Shown in pieces: positions 50,001 to 62,970 of a stretch of DNA of 64,000 bases. Under the pieces are notes generated by a model. That model saw only the letters and a program-made list of their open reading frames with translations. It ran no database searches and was not told where the DNA came from. The stretch comes from Mobula hypostoma (taxonomy: Eukaryota): contig NC_086107.1 of the NCBI RefSeq assembly GCF_963921235.1, forward strand, positions 110,300,001 through 110,364,000. The letters are read 5' to 3'. The stretch's first letter is position 1; every line of letters starts with the position of its first letter. The position numbers and the translations under genes are program-made.

Positions 50001-52954
50001 GGAAAAACAACAAAAGAAGCCCCACTTCAAGAACATACAGGAGGAAATTGCCAGAATGCAAGATCTGTCTCAGCCCTTGAACCCATTATTTGACTATATC
50101 ATGCACCATAATATATGAATGATTCCCATCTTTTCCAAATTACTTTTGTCTAAACACATTAACAGTCAATTATACCAAAATAAATAGGGATCCCCTCCCC
50201 CCCTCCTGCCCCCAATATCAAATCTCAGATCTTGACATTTTAAAATCAAGCAATTCTAAAAAAAACTTAAGAATGTTACCCTGTCAAGGTAATCTGAGGG
50301 TCTATCATCATAGCAAATGACACCCCAACCAACTTAAATCTCATCTACATCATACTCTCATCGCCGGCACAACAATCATTAACATTTTAAATCTAGAAGT
50401 TCAAACTATTACATTCCCCCTTTGTGTTGCATTTTCTTCTTACTGTATGAAGCACACAGCCAGCAGCACAATCTGCTTTTCATTTCACTGGATTTCACTG
50501 GTGAGAAAGATCACGTTCACAGCACCCCTTAGAACATCGTAACAATTGTAAAATATAGACTGTGGTCAACGTGCATTATCCTCTGTACATGCACGCGTCC
50601 TCTTTATATGTGATATTCTTTGAGATACCCATGCACTTTTTTTAAAAAGAATTCTGTTCAGGTCTCCGTTACACCTCAAAAGCAAAAAAAAATCAACTTC
50701 AGATAGCTTACTGCATCAAGGGCGATACAAGAGTTTAACGTTTCATTGCAAAATTGGAGACAAACAAATATGGAAAACTGTACTGGAAAGCTGCAAGGTC
50801 AACTGAAAGACATTGGTGAAAACACTGAAGGTCTTGGGATTTTAGTCGTCTGTGTGAGATAAATGTTGAAATATTATTGATATAATAACTAACGATCACA
50901 TTTCACAACAGCAGATCACCAAGAAATACAAATCTTAAATGAATGTCAAACTGAATAGCGAGTTTTCTATTAGAATGGGGGGCGGGGGAGGGTCTGATAA
51001 AATAGATGCATGTAAAGTAAATTTACTCAAAAGTATTTTTATCCTTTCCTTTTGTAAACAAAAGAAGACATTGCAAATGATAAATTTTTGCTGCAGATTT
51101 CATAAAACTACCAAAAACTGCACAAACCTTCCCCCCCGCCCCCACTGGGCATTTATCCATACCATTAGAAATTTCAAAGTAGAGAGTAAAATCTATATTT
51201 ATTAAACCTACCCATGAAAAATATTAAAGGTATTAGATTCACAGAAAATGAAAAAATATATATAACGTCCCTCTCTATTATGACACACATCACATTGCAC
51301 ACTTTTGATTTTAACAGCTTTCCTGTGAGATAATTACAAGAATAAAGATCCTCTTACACACTCATTTTTATGCATGAAGCAGACTAGATTAAAGTAGGTA
51401 GAGAAAGGAAGCACCTAAGGTTCTAAAGAGATTTCCAGTCACATGATTCCAGCTGTTAAACTCTTTGTATAATGGAGGAAGTCAGAGCACCAGCAGAGTG
51501 CACAAAATGGCTGCCTTGTCTGCACTGCAGAGAACTATCTCAGGGGCCCACATCATAAATGGGGAGAGGCCAAACTACCCACTTACTTTACTTTTGGTTA
51601 GTCTTGAATTTAATAAGCACTTAAAAAAACTAGAATATTCAAGCTCTTCTGTTCCAAATTTTTATTTCACTCAATGTAATTCACAAACTGAATGCAAAAG
51701 GATGCATTTAATTGCAGTGTAATCACTATTTCTCCTGACCAGTGGGGAATGCCACAGCAATGAAAGATTTTCATTATTACTACAGAGTTAAACTAATACA
51801 GCCTTTTGCTCACTGTTCTATAGCAGAAAGGATTATTTTGCAAAATTAATCTTCAGCATGCCAACTATCAGCCATTTTCATTGCACAAGAAGTTTAATCA
51901 AGGTATTTTGCAAACAACTGCTCCGCATATTTTTTTTCTATTTCAAAATGGCACAGCTGTTATATTAGCTATAGTTTGTAAAATTTAATATTTAAATAGT
52001 TGCAGATTAATACAGTCCATTAATGCCACCGACAGTTGTAAATATCAAATAAACTCAAACCCAAAAGGGGCCTCTAGAAATAGAAACACTCCATATCAAT
52101 TGTTTCAATGAGACGGCGACAACTAAATGTGCATTATTGAGTAACATGATTACTATACTTCACACATATTATTTTAACGAGTGAATACTTAAAAAAGGCA
52201 TCAATCTATCATACAAATCAAAAATTAAAAGAAACAAGTTAATTTGCAATATTTCAGAAGACGCAAGTGTCACAGACAGAGAAATTCATTGCTCATTCTT
52301 ACGTGACTTTGAGAGGGCAGCTAAGTCACTTTCTGGAACCAGTTCTGGTGAAGGTACTCCCTATGCTGCGGGGGAGCGGGGGGGTGGCATGTTCCATGAT
52401 TTTGACTTGAAAGAACGTATTTCCAAGGCACCGCACTTCTCCCTAATTTTTCCTGATAGTGGAATCCAGAAAGAACCCTACATTTTTGCCTGAATCTTGA
52501 AATTTAATCAAATAGAAGTTAGTTTTTCAGTCACTTGGTCTAATCACACAGCATGGAAATAGATGAGCAATGTACTCATCAGGTTCTCAAATTCTGTAAC
52601 TGTGTCATTCAATGGAAAGAAGGGATTTTAATGTGTAGGCACCACTTGTATAACCATCTTTAGCTTTAATGACCAACAGCAAACTTCTATTCAATCAAAT
52701 AGTGTTAATCTTTTGTGTAATTTTTAATATTATTCCCAGATTGTATCATTTCCTCTAACCCATTTATTTTCTTATCCTTCCAACCAAAAAGGGAAAACCT
52801 CACTGAAATTTACTACTAATCCAGCGACTAGAAACTTATACACAACTTATTATATAGCACAGTCTCCCACATTCTTGAGTTACTTGTTCTAAATGTTAAA
52901 ATTTACAACGTTATCAAACATGAATTAGTTGTGTAGGCTATTTAGCTTCCGTAC

Positions 52955-53290
52955 TTGCTCCCAAAGGCCGCACAGTTCCAGGTACCTACCTGGGTTTGAT
53001 CTTTACTCTGGGTGCTGTCACTTGGTGTTTACATTCATTTTCATGGTTACATTGATTTCCTCAAGGGTCTCAGGTTTCTTGCCAATTTCAAAACAAGCAC
53101 TGGTTTCTTAAATGGCTACTGAAATTACCCCTTCATGTAGTTAATGGCAAAAAGGGTCAAATGAGAATTAAAGGGAGGGAGAGAGAGAAAGTTGCGACAA
53201 TACAGGGAAAGCGGTTAATGGTATTACACCCTAAATGCCAGCATGGAAACAAAGAACAAATTGACTTCCTTCTGCATTAAATATAATTCC
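52955..53290 (+). mobile_element. Old V-SINE remnant
   Basis: cctgggtttgatc B-box-like; caggtttcttgccaatttcaaaac degenerate V-domain. Confidence 0.5.
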
Positions 53291-53309
53291 ATAAGATGAT
53301 GCTTAATTA

Positions 53310-53510
53310 TTATTTTTAAGAGATATAGCATGGAATAGGCCTTTCTGGCCCTTCGAGCTGCACCGCCCAGCAACCCCCAACAACCCTGATTTAACGCTAC
53401 CCTAATCACAGGACAATTTACAATGGCCAATTAACCTACCTGGTACATCCCTGGACGGTGGGAAGAAACAGGAGGACTTAGAGAAAACCTACACATTCCA
53501 TGGGGGTGTC
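53310..53510 (-). mobile_element. HE1-like V-SINE 3' part
   Basis: gatatagcatggaataggcctttctggcccttcgagctg...ggacaatttacaatggccaattaacc. Confidence 0.8.
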
Positions 53511-53529
53511 ATCTTTCTGTGCAACCGTA

Positions 53530-55760
53530 CGTCCATAGACTTTTAGTAATAAAAGGAAATCAACCAATCTGTCTTGATTATACTCATGTGACAGAACCTC
53601 CAGAACCCTAATGAATAGAAATTTCCACTGCCTTTGGGCAAAGAAGAAGCATCCCTGAACAGCCAATTTCTTATTTCGAGACAGTCGCCAACCGCCCTGA
53701 ACAACTCAGCCAAAGAAAAAAGAATCAATTCCACATTTACCTTGTCAAAGCTAAAGAATTCTGCATGTTTGAATAAGATTACTTCTCACTCTAAATTTAA
53801 GACCATACAATAGTAATTTACTTAGCATTACCTCATACAACAAACCTAACACCCCAGAAATAAACTTTTATCATATTTTATCTCTTGTAGCATAGAAAGA
53901 GATCCCTCCAGTCCAGCAAGGCCACAACAACCATCAGGCACCCATATACACTAATCCCAATTTCCCTTTCACATTCCCCATTAGCCTACACATCAACACA
54001 TTTATTTTTGCCAAGCAAGAGGAAACAGAATCTGTAAAAACCCATCTGGGTTTTTCTTCCTTGGGTTAGGAGACCACATCAGTACAAAATATTCCTGATG
54101 CAATCTCACCAGGTCCCTATACAATTAGAGTAAATAACCTACGCTCTTGCTCTCAAATCCTCCAACAACAAATAGCTGATACCACCTGCTTTCTTGCTTG
54201 CTGTACCTCTATGGTGACTTCCTGCCATTCATGTACAATGATACTCAGGTCCTTCTGAACACCTTCAACTTTCAATCCCTCGGCATTGCAATAAATTCTG
54301 AACTGCTGGGTTTCCACAACCTTTCACCGATGGACCCCAATAGCCACAGGCCTCCCAATCCAAATGTGGTCCTTTGACTACTCCTCTGCTGTTTGTCCAC
54401 CAACCAGTCTTCATCCAGGCCATTGTGATCCTCAATCTAAGGTGGTTAATTTTACTTAACAATCTTGGAAACCTCCTGGAAGCACAGGTACAAACATTGG
54501 CTCAAAAAGGCATTGGTTACCTGATTTACGCTGCTTGTTACAACCTTAAAAAATAGATTTGTCTCATCTTTCATAAATCCACATAGAAACTAAAGGAATT
54601 GAACAGTCAAAGTATCTTGTTTCCACTTCTTTACAATAAATTTGAGCCTTTCTCTTTTAGAGACTAGAAATAGCACAGCAGAAATTAGCTAATTTTATCT
54701 CCCAGGTCTCAGCCCATAGCCCTGCAAAAATGGGCATCTTTTAAAAACAATTAAAAATGTTTCTGAATCTCACATGCCCAGATCACAATTTCCTTCATAT
54801 CCTTCTATCCAGCTATATTCTTCTGTTTATTGTCCTTGGCCTGCAAAGATGTTCAACACCTCAAATAAAATCTCCCCTCAGCTCTCCTTACTCCAAAGAA
54901 AGCAACTTCAGCCTTGCAAATCCCTTCCCATAACATTTACAGCCTTGTTTAACAGCCTTTAAAAATTTCTGCAGTGTCTATTGTGACTAAAACTATTCCC
55001 TAGACAAGTTTTAATTCTGCAGCCATATTTGAATCCAATTTGCGATCCAAACCCTACAATCATATGCCCGTATCTTAATACCATCCTCCATGGAGCCTTA
55101 CCGAACAGCATCTGAAAGCTTTGTATCGCACATACTACTTGTGCTTTCTTAGTGAATTCTTTGAAGAGTCAATAGACTGGATAAACAGGAGTCCTTCTGA
55201 AATACTCATTTATAGCTTGCCTTCCTGGGATTATGTTATTTTATAGTTTAACAAGGACTTTGGTGTGATAACATTGGAGGGTAAGATACTAACTGATTCA
55301 CACTAAGATTAGTCATTTTGACCTTTTCTGCACCATTCCTTTTCCATTGCCCAAATGTGTTATTAAAAACAGTAGGAATGGATAAAGTACAGTATTTTCA
55401 TTATACAAATTGATTATTGAGACAGGATTATTATTCTTTGAACCAGTTTAGGCCTGAGCTCATGAATTTATGAAGACAAGAAACTGATCTCACTAAAAGA
55501 TACAAGCCTCTTAATGGAACTTATGAAGACAGATACAAGTACGTTTTCCCCGGCTGTGTGTCTAGAACCAGGGCTTAAGGTCTGGACATAACTGGCTGGC
55601 TATTCTGGATAGATGAGAAATAAGAAATTTCTCTTAAGAAATGTTTGACATTCTCCATCCAAGCACACAAAGGAGGCTCAATAATTGAACATATTCAAGA
55701 GATACAGTAGATTGACATACTTTTGAATTAAGGGATGTGGTTTAGTGTGACACTGTTAAT
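53530..55760. mobile_element. Cluster of old CR1 remnants (minus about 53530-55200, plus about 55440-55760) with a SINE remnant near 53885-54050
   Basis: Degenerate CR1 3' motifs (tctcccctcagctctccttactccaaagaaagcaac; tctagaaccagggc; ggaggctcaataattgaacatattcaag). Confidence 0.55.
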
Positions 55761-55917
55761 TACCTGTTTACTACCAATCAACTTCAAAAAAATCCAAACG
55801 AGACATAGGTTAGTCATTCAAAGGCTATTGAATAAATCAAGTTTACTTCTGTAGTCCATGACTGTGCATTCAAGACCCATAGAGAATACACCTCGGCCTC
55901 TGGTACTACATAATTTA

Positions 55918-56052
55918 GTAACACGTGCAAAATACTGAGAGGAACTCAGCGGGTCAGGCAGCACAGCATCTGTGGAAAAGAACAAACAGTTGACATTTCG
56001 GGCTGAGACCCTTCATCTAGATTTCCAGCATGTGCAGAATCTCTTGTGTTTA
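55918..56052. mobile_element. Penelope-type inverted end, hammerhead truncated
   Basis: Minus arm gatgaagggtctcagcccgaaatgtcaactg...atgctg joined to plus arm atttccagcatgtgcagaatctcttgtgttt. Confidence 0.75.
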
Positions 56053-56544
56053 CTATATCACTTGCAAGTTTGTAAAAATCAAAATTGGGACTCCACCCTA
56101 TCAAGACTTTGTCATTTACCACAAGAACGTTGAATAACATACAGTTTGTGATCTATATGCCTTAAATCAACTAAGACATCACTGAAGATTCCATTCGAAA
56201 AACACATGCAACCACCCAAGGCAGCTCCATATTTGGGAACTCATTTCTGGAGTCATAATGGACATCACTGAGACAAGCATCATGCAAAAGCAGAACTGGG
56301 ATAGATCACAGGAAGGTCTCAACTCACAATCTCTCCCAAGTCTCAACTTAACATGCCATAGCAAAATGGGAAAACCTCTCTCATCTGACCACAGAGCTAA
56401 AGCAACAGGCAGGTCACGTCTCATTACCCAATTATGCTCTTACAAAGAGCAAGATTTACCTGCATGTACTGAAATGTGTTCAAAAATGGAAAGACATCAA
56501 TGAGAGCTGAATATGAAGAATGCAATGTTGGAAAAAAAAGTAGT

Positions 56545-58165
56545 CAGAGTCTTAGAACATTACAGTATAGAACCAAGCCCTTTGGCATATCTAGTTTGTG
56601 CCGAACCATAACTCTACTGAGTTCAATTGACCAGCACCTGGACTACAACCCTCCGTATCCCTCTCATACCTTTCCAAATGTCTTAAATATTGAAATTGAC
56701 CCCGCATCCACCATTTGCGCTGGCAGCCTGTTCCACACTCTCACTATCTTCTGAGTGAAGAAGTCCCCCCTTCATGTTCCCTTTAAACATTTCACCTTTC
56801 ACCCTTAACCCATGACCCACAGTTGTAGACTCACCCAACCTCAGTGGAAGAAGCTTGTATGCATTTACCCTGTCTATAACCCTCATAATTTTGTATACCT
56901 CTATCAAATCTCCCCTCAATTTTCTAGGTTCTAGGAAATAAAGTCCTACTCTATTCAACCTTTATTTATAACTCATGTCCTCAAGTCCCTGTAACACCCT
57001 TATAAACGTTTTCTGTACTCTTTCAATCTTGTTTACATCTTTCGAAAAGGTTGGTGACCAAATTTCCATACAAAACTCCAAATTAGGTCTCACCAACACC
57101 TTATACAATTTCAACAAAACTTCCTAACTTCCATACTCAATATATTAATTTTTGAAAGCTAATGTGCCAAAAGCTTTCTTATGACCCCATCAACTGTTAA
57201 CGACACTTTCAAGGAATTATGGATCTGTATTCCCAAAAATTGCACTCCTCAGTGCCCTACCGCTCACTGTTAAAGTCCTCCCAACGTGCAACATCTCACA
57301 ATTGACTGCATTAAATTCTATCTGCCATTTTTCAATCTGGTCCAGATCCTGCTGCAAGCTTTGAAAGTCTTCCTTAGAAACTTTCCAAGGGAAGACTACC
57401 ATCAGGAAACTTTCTGATCACATATGACAAGCTCTTTCCATCTAACCCTTTTAAAATATGGGAGTCCCAATCAATGTGGAAAATTAAAATCACCTACTAT
57501 CATAACCTTATGTTTCTTGTGACTGTCTGCAATATCTCTATGAATCTGCTCCTCTAAATCCCACTGACTGTTGGGTGGTCTATACTGTAATCCAATTAAC
57601 ATGGCCATACCTTTCTTATTCCTCAATTATAACCATAAAGCCTCTCCAGTTTGTCCTGACTGAGGACTGTGGTGACATTTTCTCTGACTAGTAATGTCCC
57701 CCCTCTCACTGTAACATCTATAACAACTGAATCCTGCCAGTCCTGCCCCTCCTGCAACCAGGTCTCACTAATGACTACAATGTCATAATTCCACGTGCTG
57801 ATCCATTCTACAATACTCCTTGCAATGAAATATACGCAGCTCAGAAAATTAATCCCACCTTGCTCAACCTTTTGATTCCTGACCTTGTATGTAGGCTTAA
57901 CATCTTTCTCCACAACCACTCCATTATCTGTATAGTGCTCTGTACCCACCCCCCTGCAACTTTAGTTTAAACCACCCATGCAGCACTAGTAAACCTTCCC
58001 ACTCATATATTAGTCCCCCTCCCGTTCAAGTGCAAACCGTTTCCGTTGTACAGGTCCAACCTTCCCTGGAAGAGAACCCAATGATCCAAAAATCTAAAAC
58101 CCTCCCTCCTGCACCAACTCCTTAGCCACATGTTAAACTAATGATCTTCCTACTTCTGGCCATAT
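56545..58165 (-). mobile_element. CR1 LINE with large internal deletion (ORF1 end, endonuclease start, 3' RT end)
   Basis: LSCVYFIARSI..WNYDIVVISETWLQEGQDWQ (ORF 57623) and [13 protein letters not shown] (ORF 56683). Confidence 0.9.
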
Positions 58166-59818
58166 AATGTCTGATTACTTCTCAACAGTATTAGATTGTA
58201 TATGGAGTAAATGTGATGACCATCAGAAAGAGCAAGCTCACTAATATATTTATCAATGTCAGGACGTTATCAACTGGTGCTGAACCTATGATGTGTACTT
58301 TCAAATAACAATGACTCAGGCGTAACATAATTTTGCCCTGAAATAGCCTAAAAAGGATTTAAGGGTACTGATACAAATCTATCCGGTGCCAAAAATTGTA
58401 AAACAATTTTGTTTCAAACAAACTTTAATTGGTATATTACTTATGTATACATTTTCTTTAATTTTATATTACACACATTTCCATGGTAATAGGTTTCAAA
58501 CAAAATACAGGAAGCGAAGAAGTAGATATTCAATAAACCAAGGATCACACTACATGCATATGGCAGGCAATCGTTTGAGAATCCCAAACTCTACTTCACA
58601 ATAACCAAATTCAAAACAGTGTGACAGTTGTGAAGCCAGTTTCAATAACTTAAACGCAAATGAAATTGCTCATAAAGAAAATGATATGAAAAGATCAAAT
58701 CTATATAAAATTATAGCAACATTCAAATCATAGTACAGGGATTTGTTGTGGAAGATTTCACGAAAAGTTAAAATATTGTTAGTCCCCATGATATCTGCTT
58801 TTAAAGCAAATTGCTTCAGCAAGTCCCAGGCACCTCTTTATATGAAAAAAAATCGACATATTTTATTCAAAAGATACATTTCAACCACTGAAATTTTTCT
58901 TTTCAGATGCAGTTCATGGAGAGCTCAGTAGAGTGATTTCACACCATTTTCAAAATATTAATACCACACTACAGCACGTGAAGTGCACATAGAAAACCTG
59001 AGTTTGAAGATGGTAAGGGGGGAAAAAAAGTGATCAGGTGAGGACCAGGGGGGGAATTAGGATTAAAAAGCAAAACAGACAGCACTGTATCAGGTCGATT
59101 GTGAGAACATGGCAAGTATGTGTGCGGCTGACCTATCACACATTAATCAACTGGGTCTCCTTTTCGCAGACTTTCAAGTGCACACTTTTTTTTGTCTTGG
59201 CAGGCGGGCTCAGGTCCATCACTCCCATTTTGCAAGTTGTCCAGCGTGTACAATTACTGAGATGACTCAGTAAAAACATTTAACCAACTACTCATCATTC
59301 TTGTTCTACCCATACATAACAGTGACCATCGTGAAATCATTGAAGTTGTTTGTTTGCTGACGTTACTAGAATTTCTATTGAAAGAAAAATCGACTCAAAT
59401 CCTTGTATGCTCAACTGAAGCAAAATGTCAAATATGATTGAAGAGGTGACGGTCATGTAAGTTTGGATCAACTAGAGAAGTGCAAAACAACACTGTAATG
59501 GTGATTTCTCCAAGCATATCCAATAAATATCAGGCTTATATGCAGTTTCTGCATGTGTGCTAACATCACTGAGCAATGGTTGCCAGTAGCTGCTTGCATT
59601 GTAATGCCCTTTATAAAGAAAGAACATTAGAAAGGCAACAATATGCATCAACCAGAATAATCCATACAAAGGAAATTTTAAAAATTTAACAGGGATTATT
59701 GTTCAAATTCATTACATCCAGTCAACTATGTCATATTTACCTCCTGCATTTATAGCCAAATAATAGAATTCCCTGTGTCGGAATAAGACCGTAAGACCAC
59801 AGCAAGTTGGATACCCAC

Positions 59819-59951
59819 CTGAGGCAGCAGGCTCATTCTTTGTGAAACACTGCTGTCAACCTAGATGGAAGACATTGCACAGAAAGCTGAGAAAAGTAAC
59901 CTCATAGCTCTTCTGCAACCTCAATAGCAATATGCTGATACTTCCATTTTG
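59819..59951 (-). other. Candidate 133-nt exon
   Basis: Minus: ctctttatttacag|CAAAATGGAAG...GCTGCCTCAG|gtgggt. Confidence 0.4.
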
Positions 59952-59985
59952 CTGTAAATAAAGAGCTGGGGTTTACCTCAGTTCT

Positions 59986-60307
59986 TTTTTTTTTGGCGTG
60001 TGCCTGCGTGTGTGTGTGTGTCTGCGTGTCCGTGCGTGTGTCCATGATGATGGATTTTTCATGGCTTTTTACAAGGCGGAGAGAGAGAGAGAGGGAGAGA
60101 GAGAGAGACTGTGTGGCGTGCCATTCCTCACACTGATATTTTTCGCAGTATTTTCCCTTTTGTTTTTTTACGAAGTCGAGTTGCGATCTCGACACTCAAC
60201 CCAGCACGGATGGAAAGTGCACTCGGGAGCGGACCTGACTAGTTTCGAACTCGGGAACCTCCGCTCCCGGGTCCGGCGCCGATGTTGTTGCGCCACCAGC
60301 CGGCCCA
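59986..60307 (-). mobile_element. Young tRNA-derived SINE with poly(A) tail and 16-bp TSD
   Basis: TSD ggtttacctcagttct at 59970-59985 and 60308-60323; T10 run; head ggccggctggtggcgcaa, B box gagttcgaaac; CpGs intact; internal (GA)n and (GT)n. Confidence 0.85.
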
Positions 60308-60569
60308 GGTTTACCTCAGTTCTACATCTAAAATAGAGAAAAACAAATATAATGCAATGTCAATTCAGATGTAAAAAGCGAGGCCTGGAAGTATGGATGA
60401 GGCACACATATTTCAAGGGAGATTCAGAAATGAACTGTAAAGTATAACGAGTTATGGGTTCCTTTGGATTGAAAGACATATCAAAGAGGAGATCTTAAAA
60501 TGCAGAAAGCAGCAAATTCTGATGACACTGGAAAACCATCCTATGCTGTATCAGATATAATACGTCTCT

Positions 60570-61340
60570 CACATTTGCTCACTATAAACGCAAGTTGTGA
60601 GGAGGTACAAGGTCTACAGAGAGATATAGGCAAGATAAATGAGTGGAGGTGGTGATGGTAGGTGGAGTCTAAAGAAGGAAACTTGATATTAAAAAGCTTC
60701 AGAAGAATGAAGTTGCAAGAAACTTAGCAATCAAGAGGAATTCTGCTGTCCGTGTCCATAACACTAATATGTACAGCAATTCAGTAGGAAGGCAAATGGC
60801 ACATTGATCTCCACTGCAAAGAAACTGGTGGCCAGATTGATGCATTGTTACACCTGTACAGGATTTGCACAAACCACACTTGGATAGACCCATGCATCAT
60901 CTTAGCTTCCATTTCAAAGGACAATGCAATGAAAGGAGCATCCGAATGAGACAACTGCACTTTGAAGATGATGATGATGATGATGATGGGCATGAACTTC
61001 AAAGAATGAAAGGCCACTTCTGTGAAGCACCCACTTCTAAAAAAAAATTAACAGGATGGGTAAAGCAGCCACTCCTCTTGCCTCTAAATAGGAAGTACAA
61101 TCTCAGGATAAATAGCCATTTTGGACTGAGATGAAACATTTCTTCAGAGGCACAAAAATAGTTGGAGTTCTCCTCCAAGACGGTCCTGGATATTCAGTCA
61201 TCAATTATTGACTACTTCCAATTGGTTTTTGGATTCTAAAGCAATAAAATATGGAATCAGGCAGGGATGGGGACTTTAGATAAAGAAACAGTGAAGATAT
61301 CGAATAGTATACAGTCTACTCCTTGTTTCTCTTATGTTAA
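60570..61340 (+). mobile_element. Old CR1 3' remnant containing (GAT)n at about 60967-60987
   Basis: ctacagagagatataggcaagataaatgagtgg (LQRDI..INEW); ccattttggactgagatg; ctactccttgtttctcttatgtt tail. Confidence 0.6.
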
Positions 61341-62554
61341 GAGGGTACAGTGCACCAAGGGCTGCACTGAAGTGACAAACAAAACCTTACACTGAGCTTT
61401 GTTGATTTTAGTTGAGCAACAAAAAGCTTGGGAAGGAAAAGGATTTCAATAGACTTTATAAAAGAGAAAGTAGAGTAAAAAAAATTCCAGAACTTCCAGG
61501 CTTCAAAGAAAGTCATATTTTGCTACCTGGCAAAGTAGCCTCATCACTCAGCTACCTCTAGAAGGAATTCTTATGATTTTAGTATTTAAAAATCTTTAAT
61601 ATCTTGTAAATCAAATTTACAAACAGGAGGTTTTGGAAGGAGAATTAAGGGATTTTGTCCCTTATTCGATCATTTCCAGTAGCTTGATACCACACAAAAA
61701 TCAGATCTTTCAAGTCTTGGATCCAGTTGCAAGTGAAACAGGCTTATGGTATTTTACCCAAACACTGCAATTAAAATAAGCAAGCTTATTGGTGTGGCTG
61801 TAGATTCCCTGCTTGTTCCAGTTTACATCTCAGGCCCTTCCCAGTCACAGTTCTGGAGTTGTCTTCATATTCTCCATATATCAGCCTCTCAGATTGAGAA
61901 TTACCTCTTCTTTCTCAAGACAATGGAAAACCACGAATTCAAACTCTTAATTCAGCTGACATAAGGGATCATCAGTTTAGTCCCAGCAGACAGCAATGAA
62001 GATGTTAGAACTATGCCAGTACAGTCATCATGAACAGGGTTTACACTTAAATGGCATCAACGGCAGGTACAAGAACATTCACAGACACACCAAAAGATTG
62101 GAACAAATTGTCCCTTTTTTCCTTTGTGACAAGTACTGCTGAACATAATTATTATGCAATTTCAGATGCCTTCAAACTGGGTGTGCCGTCAGCAAACTTT
62201 ATATGAATCCTTTACCTTTTTGGGAGATAATAGTAACAGAAGCAAGGCAATATTCATTACCCATCTCTGACTCTCTGCTCACTCAATTCATTGAGGTGAA
62301 GAGCAAATAAATACCTTTATCACAATCATCTGCAGAGAAAACTGGAGAAAAAGGGGCCAAAGTTCAGAAAATGACTGCACTTTGAGAAAATGTTACTTCA
62401 GCTCAATGGCCTTCAAGTTCCTTCTATTCAAAAACTGTGGGCCAAACGCACAAATTTCCAGATGTAATTAATTCAATTTCACAATATTCCTTCACGGTTG
62501 GTAGATCAACACAAATTAATGTTTTAAAATGTGTAATATACATACAGAAAGGGC

Positions 62555-62970
62555 CACTAACATCATGAAGGATCCCATCCACCCTGTTCAATGATTGTTG
62601 TCCCACTCCCATCAGGGAGGCCACGTAGCTCCATGCCAGGGCCACCAGATCAAAAAGTTACTTTCCCCAAGCAGTATGTCTGATCAACACCTCCACCCAC
62701 TAACCCACCCCATCACACCCACAACTACCACTACTTTTTCATATCCTGTCAGTCACCTTATGTACAGACACTCCTGTGCCTAACGTCACTTTATGGATAT
62801 TGAGTGTATGTAAGCTATTACATGTATATGTATTTATATATTTATTGTGCTTTTTTTTATTATTGCATTCTTCATCTTCTGTGGTTTTTTTTGGTGCCAC
62901 AATGGATCTGGAGTAACAATTACTTTGTTCTCCAGATACTTGTCTACTGGAAACGACATTAAACAATCTT
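62555..62970 (+). mobile_element. Rex1/Babar 3' fragment (tail type B)
   Basis: catcatgaaggatcccatccaccctg...cccactcccatcaggg; tail gacattaaacaatcttga. Confidence 0.85.

Noticed and set aside
56170..56500. Possible RTE-X-like LINE remnant
   Set aside because: Only faint motif resemblance; too degenerate to support by eye.
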